Shown here: positions 38,948 through 51,532 of the stretch, one piece after another
Numbering within the stretch: the first letter of the stretch is position 1
Layout: each line of letters opens with the position of its first letter
Assembly: GCA_010356995.1 (NCBI GenBank)
Contig: ML996693.1
Location: forward strand, 372,001 to 436,000
Length of the DNA: 64,000 bases
Direction of reading: 5' to 3'
Origin: Trichodelitschia bisporula
Taxonomy: Eukaryota
The notes under the pieces: model-generated
Told to the model about the DNA's origin: nothing
Database searches by the model: none
The model's input: the letters and a program-made list of their open reading frames with translations, nothing else
Position numbers and translations under genes: made by a program

Positions 38948-39780
38948 CGGGATACTACCGGCAATACTCTCCCTGCGAAATCAATTATTGCCGGCAGCTC
39001 AAAATTCTCCGCATATGAAGATGGCAAGTATCTGCTGGTCAGTTGGCCTCATGCTAGAATCGTCGGCGCTGGAGGAACCATCGCGCTGGTAAGGAAGCGA
39101 GAGTGCATATTCCGAACGTGGAGGTCTGGCTAGCGGAGATGGAGCCCGCGGCCATGAGTGGACCTGCGTTGTGAGTTTTGACACCTGGGTTTATGTGCAA
39201 GTCTGATACGCCGTCTGCTTGCAAAGTGAACACAAATTGCGTCCCAGCAAGCCGGGACGCAGCGGGACATGAAGCGCGGTATCGGAGGGCATGGGAGATA
39301 TGCTCGCCTCGAGACGCGAGGTCCAAGGGTCCCATCTCGTCCAACCAGCAAGCCCATCGATAGCCTCAAAATCCTGCATTCGCCGTAGTCTGCCGAAGCA
39401 TCCCCCTCAGCTTCGACGCAGAAAATTTGCCTTTCCTCGTGGGATTGAGGTCGGGTGTGGATTTAGCGCCCTGCGGCTCCCGCGCACATGTTTTTTTTTT
39501 TGCGAGGGGCCAGAGCCTTTGCCAAACGCCGCGGCTTGGCCGTTGGGGGCTGGGACTAATAATGAGGGGTGGGAGAATCAAGGTGTGTGCAGGGCTGCAG
39601 GTGCAGTAGGTTTGGACGTGCGTCAGGGCGGGAGGGGTGAACGACGTCGCATGTGCTCTGCTGCATGGAAGGGGGGATTTGGGAACTGTGAGTCGAGACG
39701 GAGGGCTGTTGGGGTGTGCGAGAGGGGGAGAGATATTGGAATTGGAGATGGCCTTGGTTATCTTATAAGTAGTGAAGAAG

Positions 39781-39822
39781 TGGAGATGAAGATGGAGATG
39801 GAGATGGAGATGGAGATGGAGA
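39781..39822 (+). repeat. (GATGGA)n hexanucleotide microsatellite
   Basis: tggagatgaagatggagatggagatggagatggagatggaga read directly. Confidence 0.9.
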
Positions 39823-40638
39823 GTGGGGGGTGGGGTTTTGAAGGTCAAGACTTCAAGACCCCCAAGAGTTGGAGAGGTGATAGCGGGGTTCGAGGCCTTA
39901 CGGCGAAGCTCGTTCTTTTCCAGCTCAAGGATCAGGGAAAGAAAGCAAAACTAGCCGGGGTTGGGGCGACCCGTCGTCATCCAAAAATTTCCTCCCTCAT
40001 GTGGCGAATTATCACAAGACATCACGTTCCTATACCCGTACTCTTGATAGTGGCAATTGCGGTGATAATTCTAGAGACTACTGAATTCCGTCGTACTCTC
40101 TGTCGTTGACATACCTCTGCTGCATCCGTTTGAAGTGATACATCAATGTATTCACACTTGTACGGGTACCTACGAGACAAATCCACCGCCTTTCATATGC
40201 CTTGAACCCAGGTCCAACATTCAGCAATAGCGTGCTCTCGCGCCATATGCAGACAAGGCTCCCTCATCTGCATCAGTTGTCAACTTTCCATCGCCAGCTC
40301 TCGCTCCTCTTTACGCGTTAAGCTGCCCTTCCATACCATCCCCGGACGCGCCGGCTGAGGTTCCCTGTTCACTTTGTGCTAGAACCAAGCTAATCGGGAT
40401 CTAAAGTCGTCTCTTTTTTTCCTGCGGTTCAGCTCAAAGGTCCCCTTCTCCAGTTCCCTTCCTTCTCAACCCTCCGAGAGCGGCTGCCTTGGCATACGTT
40501 CTTCGACATATCGAACTTCAGGTCTCTTGTCGTCTCTCGTCGTCGTTCTACACCTAAATCTTTGACCTTAATCCCCTCATTTTAGTTAATATTCCTATCC
40601 CATTTGGATCCTGTCACCGTGGACTCTTCACTGTCTCA

Positions 40639-43600
40639 ATGTCTTCGCGCTCGAAACGCGACTCCGATGCCGCGTCTCTCCAGCAGCGCCTTCCCTTCAG
40701 CAACGCCGATATTGACGAAGCCACGGGCTCCGATGCATACCTGAGTGCTTCGTCCGTCCGGTTACGTCCCCGACGTTCCCATTCTCACTCCTCGAACCAC
40801 AATGCCTCTTTTCTGTCTTCATCCGTAGGGCGGAACCCCGCCCGCTCCTACTTCCACCAGGTATCCCATAGCGCCCACTCAGGTAGGAAGTTCCAAAGCT
40901 CCGATACTTGCTCGGAAGTCTGCCAGCTAACATAGCTAGAAATCCCGGCCTATTCTTCCCAAGGCGTGCGTGCCCAGACCGCCGAACTCGCATCATGGGG
41001 CCTAGGAGACTCGCCTCGCCGGCAATCTATTCCACCAGCGCGGCCCCATATCCAGGGAGCCTTTATCCAAGCTCCATTGCTGGAACCTGAAGCCGCGCCC
41101 CATCCAGGCGACCAATCGGTGTCCAGTGACTCGGAGGTTGAACGGCGGAACTCGCTGGACTCAGGCTACTACCCTGTCATCGATGAGGTTGATGAAGGCA
41201 GCTCCGAGTCAAGCAAAGTCAGCGAGCCAGTAGACCTTGAAGCAGGAGCTAGGCGTGTTCCCAGTCATGGAAGTGGAAAGACGGGCTGGGTGCATTCCTC
41301 CGCAAGCGCCACCCCACGGACTCCCAGCGGACGGGCCGTCCACAAGCAGCAGCCTCAGGGACGCTCGAACAAGCGACAGTTTCAGGATGGTGAGTCTGAC
41401 CAACATGCCGATACGGAAGACAGTGACAGCGAGCCACACGAGCGGACTGTTTTGCTACCCAAACCTCGGTTCTCATCATCAAGGTCGAACCTCCGGTCGT
41501 CGAGCTTCAAAGATGGGGGCTACGGGCGCAGAGCGACTGCTTCCCTCAGCGGCTTACGGAAGTTGTGGAGCAGTGGGAAGCATGCTGTCAGGACGCGGTG
41601 CAAACAAGCTGTCACCAAGTCCAGGCAGCTGCACTGGACAACGGTCGGGAAAGATGCACTTGGGGCGTTTTCAGCGGTTCTACTGGGGCTGCTTCTCAAT
41701 ATTTTGGATGCAATGAGCTATGGTACGTTCCATTCGCAGTCATATTGAGAAGAAACTGAAGCAGCTGACACATGCAAGGCATGATTCTCTTTCCCCTCGG
41801 CGAGGAGATATTCGCAGATACTGGTGCCGATGGTATCGCTATCTTCTACGTCAGCTGTATCGTCTCTCAACTGGTATACTCGTTGGGAGGCTCGCGATTC
41901 AAGGGGGGTGTTGGGTCAGAAATGGTTCGTACGTCCTTCTTAGTACCGCTCCACCGCTAAGGTGGTACCAGATTGAAGTCGTCCCCTTCTTCCACAAAAT
42001 GGCGTATATGGCGCTCGAAAGCATTGGACGCGAGCCGGAACATAAGCCTGCAGTCTTGGCCACTGTCATCACTTCGTATGCCCTCAGTTCGGTCCTGACT
42101 GGTGTGATATTTTTGTTACTCTCGGTGTTCAAACTTGGAGATCTCGTGAGCTTCTTTCCGCGTAGCATTCTGCTCGGCTGCATTGGGGGTGTCGGCCTGT
42201 TTCTCTTTCTTACAGGGATTGAGGTATCTGCGGGCCTGAGTACCGGAGGCGGCGAGGGAGGCGTGGATTTCAGCCTCGCGACTTTGGAGCGCCTTCTAAG
42301 CCCGAACACGCTGATTCTGTGGACGCTGCCGCTCTTGTTTGCGGTGCTCCTCATGGTCGTACGGAAGAGGTTCACACATCCCGTGGTGCTTCCTGCGTTC
42401 TTTGGGATCATGATGGCCGTTTTCTACATCGTCTATGCGGCCGTGCCGGGGCTCAGCCTGAGCCGGTTGCAGAAGAACGGGTGGGTTTTTGAGGCTCCGG
42501 AAGGCAATGTTCCCTTTTGGCGGTTCTACACTTACTACAGTGAGTTTCATGCCATAGGGGCCTTGAACTTGTTACTAACACGTTCAGACTTCAGGATCGT
42601 TGATTGGAGGGTAGTCGGTGAGGCAGTACCCACTATGTTCGCCCTTTCGTTCTTCGGCATTATTCATGTGCCTATCAATGTTCCGGCCTTGGGAATAGCG
42701 GTGCAGGAGGATGATGTCAACATCAACCGCGAGCTTTTTGGCCATGGCCTGTCTAACACCATCTCTGGGCTTGTGGGCAGCATTCAAGTGCGTTAAAGCA
42801 GTTAGACAAGCAGACTTCAGCTGACGTGGACAGAACTATCTCGTTTTTGCCAACAGTCGGCTCTTCATTCAGAACGGCGGCAACAGTCGTGCTGCGGGTC
42901 TTTTGTTGGCCGCTGCCACAACTGGAGTATGGGTTGCCGGCCCCGCAATGATAGGCTTCATTCCCGTCATGGTCGTAGGCACGCTCATCTTCATGCTCGG
43001 CATTGAGATGATGCAGGAAGCAGTATGGGACACGCTTGGAAAGCTGCAAAACCTCGAATGGTTTATGGTACGTCTAAGTATTGCATAAGTGAGCTTTGGA
43101 CTAAAACAGGCAAGATTCTTGCCATCACTCTCGTCATGGGCTTCTGGGATTTCGTCGTCGGCATCATGTTGGGCATCGTCCTTGCCTGCCTGACGTTCGT
43201 GGTCCAAACATCGCGGGTTTCGGCAGTCCGCGCGACTTACTCCGGCACCGTCGCCCGGTCCACGGTGCGGCGGCATCCAGTACAGCGACGCTTCCTGCAT
43301 GAAGTCGGCACGCAGATCAAGATTACCAAGCTGGCGGGATACCTGTTCTTCGGTACCATTGTGGCCGTCGAGAAGCGCGTGCGTGAGTTGATGGAAGACG
43401 ACGCCTTTGCCGCGCAGCCCATTCGATATCTGATCCTTGACTTTTCGGCCGTCACCGGTCTGGACTTCTCAGCAGCTGAGGCCTTTGTGCGGATGAACCG
43501 TATTCTCCGCGACAAGGGCATTGAGATGGTCCTATCGAGCGTGCCCATACAAGGCGAAGTGGGCCGCAGCCTGATCATGGTTGGGCTGCTGGACGATGAA

Positions 43601-44533
43601 GAAGAGGACGCTGCTCCACCACCACGGGTGTTCGAAGATCTGAACCAAGCGCTCGAGGCGTGCGAGAATGAGATGCTGATCGCGCTTAAGGAGCGTAGCG
43701 AGAAGATCGCCCGGGACGAGCAGGAGCGTGTAGGAAGTGTATCGCTAAGTATGTCTCTTTACCATGATATGACATATGGCTAACCCCCACAGCAATCCCC
43801 CGCATGAACTCACCTAGCAGCAACGACCAAACTCTTCAACATGCCTCCCCGCGCCGCAGCCATCTGCAAAGCGCACTCGAAACCGCCATCAAAGACGCCT
43901 CCCTCACTCAACCCGCTAAATACGCCTCCTTCGCGCAGCCCCTCCCACTCCTCATGCAAGCCTTTGCCGACGCAACCACGAAACCACTCGACTTCTGGCA
44001 CCGTGCGACGCCATATTATGAGCGGCGCGTGTTCACGGCCGGTTCGGTGCTCTACTCGCGCGGCGACGCTCCAGACGGATTCTACGTTCTCGAAAGCGGA
44101 GTGTTGCGCGCGGAATACGAGCTCGAGCAGGGGCGGTACCATGAAAGTATCACGGCGGGGACGACGTGCGGCGAGCTGCCGTTTTTCACTGGCACCGGTC
44201 GTACTGGGACCGTCATTGCGGAGATGGAGGCTGTTGCTTGGGTACTTACGGGGAAGAGGTGGGCCGATTTGGAGAAGGAGGTGCCGGATGTGGCGCGAGA
44301 ATTACTGGTAGTTTCGCTTCGCCTGACACGCGAGAGAGTCGAGGCTGTCACGTCGTAGGTGCACCTGTTTTCTCTTTTGATGTGTGAATGTGGAGAGCGG
44401 GGGGCGAGGCTGAGCTAGGCTGAGGTAGTACGCCGCATATGCGCGGTAACCGCTTCACTCTGCGGCTTCCCCTCCGTCCCCTCCGTCAAACATCACTAAC
44501 GCGTGTAGATACGTTCTCGTAACGGCTAGTTAG
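40639..44533 (+). CDS. SulP/SLC26-family transporter with STAS and cNMP-binding domains (Vsb1/YGR125W-like)
   Basis: [54 protein letters not shown] and [18 protein letters not shown] region [26 protein letters not shown]; cNMP-like C-terminus ([20 protein letters not shown]). Last intron 44355-44508; ends SYVLVTAS. Confidence 0.9.
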
Positions 44534-47500
44534 TCAGCCTCACTTGCCTCAGGCAGGTGTATGTGTAGATCCGAAACTCTTCATCTAGCATAAACGTCGA
44601 GCAAATGTGTGGGGGTGCTGGATAAAAACGGGTGTGTAGGGCTGAGCCGTGCGTGGGGGAATACTCTAGGCAGGCGTTTTGCGTACATGAAAGGCATGCG
44701 TATGGTATCCTAGGTAGAGGTGTGCGGTACATAGAGCGCAAAGACAGCAGATTGTGAGATGCACGACTGGCGGGGTTTGAATTGTTGAATTGCGTGACGT
44801 GAGAACGTTGTCTATTTCTGCAGCTCGCTACCGGATTCATGACGACAAGCAAGGACAAGGCAGGGAAGAACTTCAGTGCCATCCTGCCAGGGCGAGGAGG
44901 GGTAGGCATGCTGGGATATGTCCGAGTTAGGAAGGAGGGGTAGTGGCGGCTGGCTGGGGACGACATCTGTCGGTGCGGGTCTCTGCTTGAGTACGCCGCG
45001 CTGTGTTGGATTGATATCGCGAGTAAAAAGGAGAGGCAGAACGAGACGAGCGGAGTGCAGCCTCCGGTTTGCAGTCGGATATATACTGGCGCGCGTTCCC
45101 CGCCATCTCGAGGTTGTCTACCCGCCGCTGTGTTCTCGCTCACGGCGTCAAGTTGAGAACACAAGCACACGTGTTGAGGAAGCAGAGATATGACGTCCAC
45201 ACCACAATGGCTGCGCCAAGGGAGAGGCATCTCTATCTAGCATCAACACCATACAACCCAGAGAACCAGTATCGCGGTTACCGCCGGTTACAGGCAGGGT
45301 CTTCGGCTGCGCACAAACGGCAGCAACATTCCCGTAGTCTAGCCCGCCGAGGGTCCAAAGCTCATCCGAAAAACTCATAGCCACGCGGTCCACTAAGGCG
45401 GCTAGACAGAGTAGCCATAACTTCTCGGACCCCCTTAGCCCACGCCCCGAGTCCCACACTCGGCTACATAAACGGGGTCCCGGGCACAGTCCCCGATAAA
45501 CTACTGGGTCACGGACCGCATGTTACGAACGGGGTCCACTTTGCGGCTCAATATGAGCTTGCTTCGAACCCCACCAAGGGTAGCGCACTGTGGCACCCAC
45601 GGCTCGCGGCGCGGTTTTCGCGATGCAGACGAGGTGCCATTGGGTGGGGAGGGATGGTCTTGGCGGCGGGCCCGTGATCAGTGTTGGGGAAGTGAGGGTG
45701 TGCTGCCCGTTTGTGAGGGTGGTGCGGGGGATGGGCATGTGATTCCGCTTGGGTGCTGGGGTGACGTGAGGTGGGCACACCTCGCTCTGGCACGCGATGA
45801 GATACCGACGCTGTACCGGTAGCACTGATACCCGAAGCCGGAATGGATTTGAAGGTTCGTGTGTTCCGAAGCTACATTTTCTTTTCCTTCGCGCTTACGC
45901 TCTTTGAAGCGAGGTCAAAGCGGCGCGTTTGCGTGCGGGCTCGTGCGTTGCTTCGCACGCCTTTCACCACAGCAACGGCCGCCTAGGCCCGATGCGATGC
46001 GTGGCTGGCCCCGGCCCGCTAGGACGGCGGGCGCTGAGATCACGGGTTGGCCGATCCGTTTGATGGGCCGCGATGGGGCTAGGAGTAGTGGGGTTGGGAG
46101 GGGATTATTAGGGGGCTGTTAGCGAGAGCCGAGATAAGTTCTGTTCTCTGTTCCTTCTCGAGCGCTTTTTCTCTGGCTGTGAAGTCGAGAGAGGAGATGC
46201 AAAGATGGACATGTTTAACGTGCTAGAGCACTTTCCCTGCAGGACACCGTGAGACGAGACTCTCCCCTCCCCGCCGTGGGCCGAATCTGCCTCCTTCACC
46301 CCGGGCCCCGCGCGGTTTGGCCCCAGTGAGTGGCGCGCGCTCGGGGGAGTCCCGCGACGCTAGGGAGGTATGGGGCTTGGCGGCAGGGGGTGAGGGGGAA
46401 ATGCGCGAAACGGGCCGCTGCGGTTTAATGTCGGTGAGAGTCATTTGGTGAGAAGATGAAGATGAGAATGCTGATGGGCGGGAGGGAAGAGTGGATGACG
46501 ATGATGGTAGGCCTAAGTTATGGGGGTATACGTGGATATCAGTCAGAAGGATGGGATGGCCTCGATGCGCCGGAAGGAAGCGTTTGTGATCGATGATGAC
46601 TTTTGCCAATCTTACTCTTCTGCTTTTCTCGCCTCCTGCGTGGATGCGAGCAGCGGGCGTGATAACAATTCATCGCTATGGTTGCCGTCCACCGCTCCAA
46701 CCCTGGACCTGGCGCGCATTATTCTCATGCCGCCGTGACGCAGCCGCCGCTGCTCCTGCATCACGCTATGCGTAACTACAGTACCGCACCCATCAACATC
46801 CGCAAACTAGAACTAACGACTTAGATTCGTGCTTTCGTGCTCGTAGGAACGAAGAATGGCGAGTGAAGGGGGGGTGGAAAGACGAGAGAGGCCATTCCAT
46901 TCCGCAGCACTGCAGCGTGCATGCAAGTGGTTGCTGCAGTGTCCTCACCCCGCCTCTCCTGGGCCGCCGCCAGGGACTTCGGTCGACGCCCCCGGACGCT
47001 TCTTTGGACGGCACCTGTGCGTGTGCGATATTTGTGTGCGTTTTCTCGGTTGCTGAAGCAAACACTCAAGCGACCAGGAGTGCGCTGCATGAAACTTGAG
47101 GCCGGATTCCGAGACGGCGGGTGCTGTGTTTCCTGCACAGCGACTTTGTTTCGTGCGTCAGGCAGAGTGGGTTCGAGATTTGTTCAGGTTATGCGGATGA
47201 TGTTCGAGCGCGCGCGCGCAAGGGGAGACACCTGGCGATAATCATCTCAACGCAGCCCGCAATGTGGCTCTCGGGTCCGCGCACTCGTTAAGCTGCAAAC
47301 GTCGAGGAAACAGAAGCGAGAACCGCTGACTGGCAGTCAGTTTGTGAAAGGCGAGAACGGAGTCTGCCTGCATCAAGGCGATGAAGCAGTAAGGCTGGGC
47401 GAGTGCGCCTACGGGATGGTGCGCGGCTTCCTCACGGATGGGGGATGAGGTTCATGAAGCAGGAGCGAGCAAGGGAGCTCGGAATTTTGCAGCATTCTCG

Positions 47501-48452
47501 CCATCACGGAAGACGCCGCGTGGTTGATATGCCGTCCTTTGTATCTTTGCCCTCTCGCTCTCTGGGTTCGGATTGTGAGTGCGCGGTTTGAAGAGGCGTC
47601 ATCCCGGTTGCCCCACCAAGCCCGCGATAGCCAGGGCTGCGGCGTCGGCCACGGGTGCGAGGGTCATGAGACCGCTCTTCTTCAGCCTGACGGCTTGCGC
47701 AAGGGCGCCGAGAGGGGAGCCCGACGGGATACTGCGGAGCGATGGAGGCGAACGACGAGACTGGGGGATGAAGAAGGAGAAGAAGAAGAAGAAGCCGTGA
47801 ACGGACAATATTGCTAGCAGTAGGCCATCTCCTCTCATCATAATCTCTTTCCGGAGACATGTCCATGCCTTATTTTGTAGAGTGGAGAAGTGCAGAACAT
47901 TCAAAGCAATTATCCGCTTGGCTGTTAGCGATTGGATGGAGCCGGTAGGCGTTGCGCCGCCTTCACGGGCTGCTAACCGCTATCCGCTAACCTCCTTGCA
48001 GTGGTGCAGGTGCAGTTCCACGCGTTGAAGGCTTGCGGGGCCCAGGACGGGGATGGGAGGGGTCCAAGCACCAGTCGCTGCATGGCGCTTTTTTGGTGCT
48101 AGCGGAGCGGTAATTGGACGGCACGATAGCCTCCCTCGTAGGTCTCTTTGGGGATTGATGACTGCAAAGAAAGAGGACACATTTGATGCTGTTGGGCTTC
48201 TTCATGCCTTTGTCTTCATCTTTTCGTCTTCTCTTCCTTTAGAACAAGTGTAAGCGACAGAGATATCAGGATGAAGCAGCCATCAGTGAAACCAAGGGTG
48301 GTTCCCCCCCACAGTTAAACTACCAGGAGTGTCTCCGTAGGCACGCTAAGGACATCGACAAAAGTGAGACGGGATATTGATTGATTGAAGCAGTGCGCAC
48401 GAGACTGGGCTGTTGTCGCAATATGCCCCACCATTCAACGGCTTCCTCACTG

Positions 48453-48480
48453 CTCTCTCTGCTCTCTCTCTCTCTCTCTC
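48453..48480 (+). repeat. (CT)n microsatellite
   Basis: ctctctct-g-ctctctctctctctctctc, upstream of the PH-domain gene. Confidence 0.9.
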
Positions 48481-49291
48481 GCGCACAGAAGCATACTGGT
48501 CCCTTCCTCTGGACCCTCCTCTCACGCTATCACTGACCTCTCACTGACCTCTCACTCTCATTGATCTCTAACTGATCTCTTTGCTGACCACTACTGTGCC
48601 ATCCGCAATCCCCATCTCCATTCCCAGCCACCTTGGCCATCCTCAATCCAATCCAATAACCGTTTCCAAGGTGCTCCTACCACTTCTGGGGGGGCCATCA
48701 CTGGGGGGCTTTTCCCACCAGGGCCTTTGCAATTTCATTAGTTAGCGCTTGGCCCCAGCTCCCCGCGTCTGCCCACCACCAAAACCTCCAAACTCAACCA
48801 CAAAACCCAAGCAGCGACACGGAATCGTCCAATCATCTCTCAAGATATCTCATTACCCACCCACCTCCTCCGAACCTTATGTCCCTCCCTCTCTTCCCTA
48901 CCGCAACCAACCCCCCCCCAACAATGCTCTCCCATCCACCCCTCCCACCCTCCCCCCCCAAGACCCGCTTCGCAGCTTAATTCGCCAGCCGGTTTCTCTT
49001 TTCTTCTGCTTGTCTCCATCACTTTTCTTCTCTTCTTCTGCTGCTTTCCCTCCAAAACATCTGTCACCTCTCCCTCCCCATTTCTCATCTTCAATCTCTT
49101 CCTTGTGATACCCCTCAACGCCTCGTCGACTCAGCCCCCGTCACGAGCCTGCGAGACTTACGCATCCGTCATCAACAAAGTAAGCTCTTTGTCCTAGAAC
49201 ACGCGACCGCAACAACTCTCCCGTCGTACCTTCACGTTCTTCAACCCCTCACCAAGCTTCCTTAATCGAAAGCATCTTCAACATCGTCAAC

Positions 49292-51532
49292 ATGTCGACC
49301 GAAGAGACGAAGCCTGTTCTCGATACCACGGCCCCCGCTCTCCCCGTGGTCGAGCCCACCATTCCCGCCCCCGTTGAGGCCGCCACCGCCGCTCCCGCTG
49401 AGACGACGGAAGCTTCAACCGCTGAGGCTCCAAAGGCCGAGGAGGCCACCGAAGCCGTTGCTGAGGAGCCGAAGAAGGAGGTCGAGCCCAAGTTCGACGG
49501 TCACCTGGGCTACAATGCTCCGGGCAACTTCCTGAAGTGAGTAGCGTGAACTGTGCCATAATCAGTGCAATCTATTCCCGACTCGAGACCCCGCATTGGT
49601 GGTGATCGGTGGTGCAACGATAGATATTGCTGGTTCGTTTTGGACGACTGGGCTAACCAAATTGTTCTGCAGGGATCTGTTGCCCATTCCTCCCAAGAAG
49701 CAGTACTTCTGGTTCGGCAGCGAGGAAGGTGTGCCTGCTGATAAGCTGAGCCACTACCTTGCTGCTGGCAAGCCTCACTTCGCGAACGCTACTGCTGCTT
49801 GGTCCGAGCAGACCGGCAAGGGTCTGCTCTACTTCAGCAAGCATGGCGAGAAGAAGGACGTGCCGACCGGTGTTTTGAACCTGGTACGCTTGAATTTTGC
49901 ATTTGCCAGAATTATCACTAACACAAATTAGGCTGAGGCTGAGGAGATCAAGGAGTCGGGCGAGCATGACATCAGCTTCAAGCTGCACGGCCACAAGCAC
50001 AAGTTCAGCGCCAACAACGCTGAGGAGCGCAGCGGCTGGGTTGCGTCCATCAAGAAGGTGTCGGAGGAGGCCAAGGCCTTGAAGGCGACCATCACGGAGA
50101 GCGAGGGCTACAAGGCTGCTCTGGAGAAGCTTAGTAAGTCACGTGATACGTACATTTTGTAACCCGTTCTAACCAACATGAAGGCAAGCCGTCTCTTGCT
50201 GTTCCCAAGCCCGAGTCTGTTGCCAAGAAGAGCACCGAGGTGAAGCCCGAGGGCGAGACTCCCGCTGAGTCTACCACCGAGGAGGCCAAGAAGTCGATCA
50301 AGGCCCGCTCGCGGTCGCGCGGCAAGCCTGGCAGCGTCTTCGGCTCTCTGTTCAAGAAGGACGAGGCCAAGCCCGAGGAGGCGAAGAAGGAAGAGGAGGC
50401 GAAGCCCGCGGAGACCACTGAGGCGGCTCCTGTTGTCGAGGCCCCTGTCGCCACTGAGTCCGAAACTGCTGCCGGTAAGCTGGACTGGTTTGCAGCATCT
50501 GTGCCTGGCTCTGACCTGCCCGCAGAACCCGCGGCTGAGGCTGCTCCGGCAGCTGAGACTCCTGCCGCTGATGCTGCTGCTCCAGCTGAGGCTGCTGCTG
50601 CAGCTGAGGAGCCCAAGGAGGAGGCGAAGGATGTGAAGGCGGGCCGTCGCGTCTCGCGCTGGGAGGGGTTCTTCAAGAAGGCGGACAAGCCCAAGGAGGT
50701 TGAGACGCCTGCTGCTGCTCCCGCTCCTACCGTTGTTGAGCCGGAGACTGCTGCGCCTACGGAGCCCGCTGAGGGTGCTGCTGGTGTTCTCCCCCTGACG
50801 GAGGCCCCTGCTGTCCCCGCTCCCGCGGCCGAGGAGAAGCCCGTCACCCCGACTAAGGAGCGCAAGCCCTCGCTGTTCAGCACTCTGCGCGAGCGTGTGC
50901 GGTCGCCTTCGGCCGAACACCCGCCCGTTATTGCCGCTCCCGCCGCCGCCGAGGCTCCCAAGGTTGACGACGCCACCCCCAAGGTCGACGAGGCTGCGCC
51001 TACTGACGCCCCGGTCGAGACTGCGCCTACTGGCGCCCCGGCCGAGACTGAGGCTCCCACCAACGGCGAGACTACCAGCCCGCCCGAGACCAAGCGCCGT
51101 AGCTCGTTCTTCGCTCTGAGCAGCCTCAAGCACAGCCTGAAGAAGCCCGTCGAGGCTGCTTCCGCCGCTGCTCCCACGACCGCCACCGAGACTGAGGAGG
51201 CCAAGCCTGCTGAAGAGGCTGCGAAGTCTGCCGAGGCCGAGGCTACTGAGCCTGAGGTCAAGGCTGCTCCCAAGGAGAAGAAGGACAACCCTGTGGCCAA
51301 GATCCTTCGCAAGACCAGCATTGCGATCCGCGGCAACAAGGAGAAGAAGGAGGTCAAGGCCCCGACCAAGGTCGACGAGACCACGGAGCCCGCCGCTGAG
51401 GCTGTCAAGCCCGTGGAGGAGCCGACCAAGGCTGAGGAGACTGCTGCCCCGGCTGAGGAGAAGAAGGAGGAGGAGAAGCCTGCTGCTCCTGTCGTTCCTG
51501 AGACCGCTCCGACCGTTTCCGCCACGGCCTAG
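49292..51532 (+). CDS. PH-domain protein with Ala/Glu/Pro/Lys-rich tail (Meu6-like)
   Basis: GHLGYNAPG..FWFG...NATAAWSEQTGKGLLYF...PTGVLNL...GHKHKFSANNAEERSGWVASIK is a fungal PH-like domain. Introns 49537-49672, 49884-49931, 50134-50183 and 50475-50525; strongly biased codon usage. Confidence 0.82.

Noticed and set aside
39291..40109. 272-aa ORF containing EMEMEMEM
   Set aside because: Gly/Arg-rich translation of G-rich intergenic DNA spanning the (GATGGA)n microsatellite; no domain and no splice support.
44355..44508. Possible snoRNA, microexon or stwintron in the 154-nt last intron of the VSB1-like gene
   Set aside because: No proper C box (RTGATGA) with terminal stem; direct splicing already gives a clean TSYVLV end, and the internal AG is too close to its putative branch.
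50108..51525. 464-aa and 341-aa minus-strand ORFs
   Set aside because: Antisense shadows of the codon-biased, low-complexity PH-protein tail; no independent motifs.
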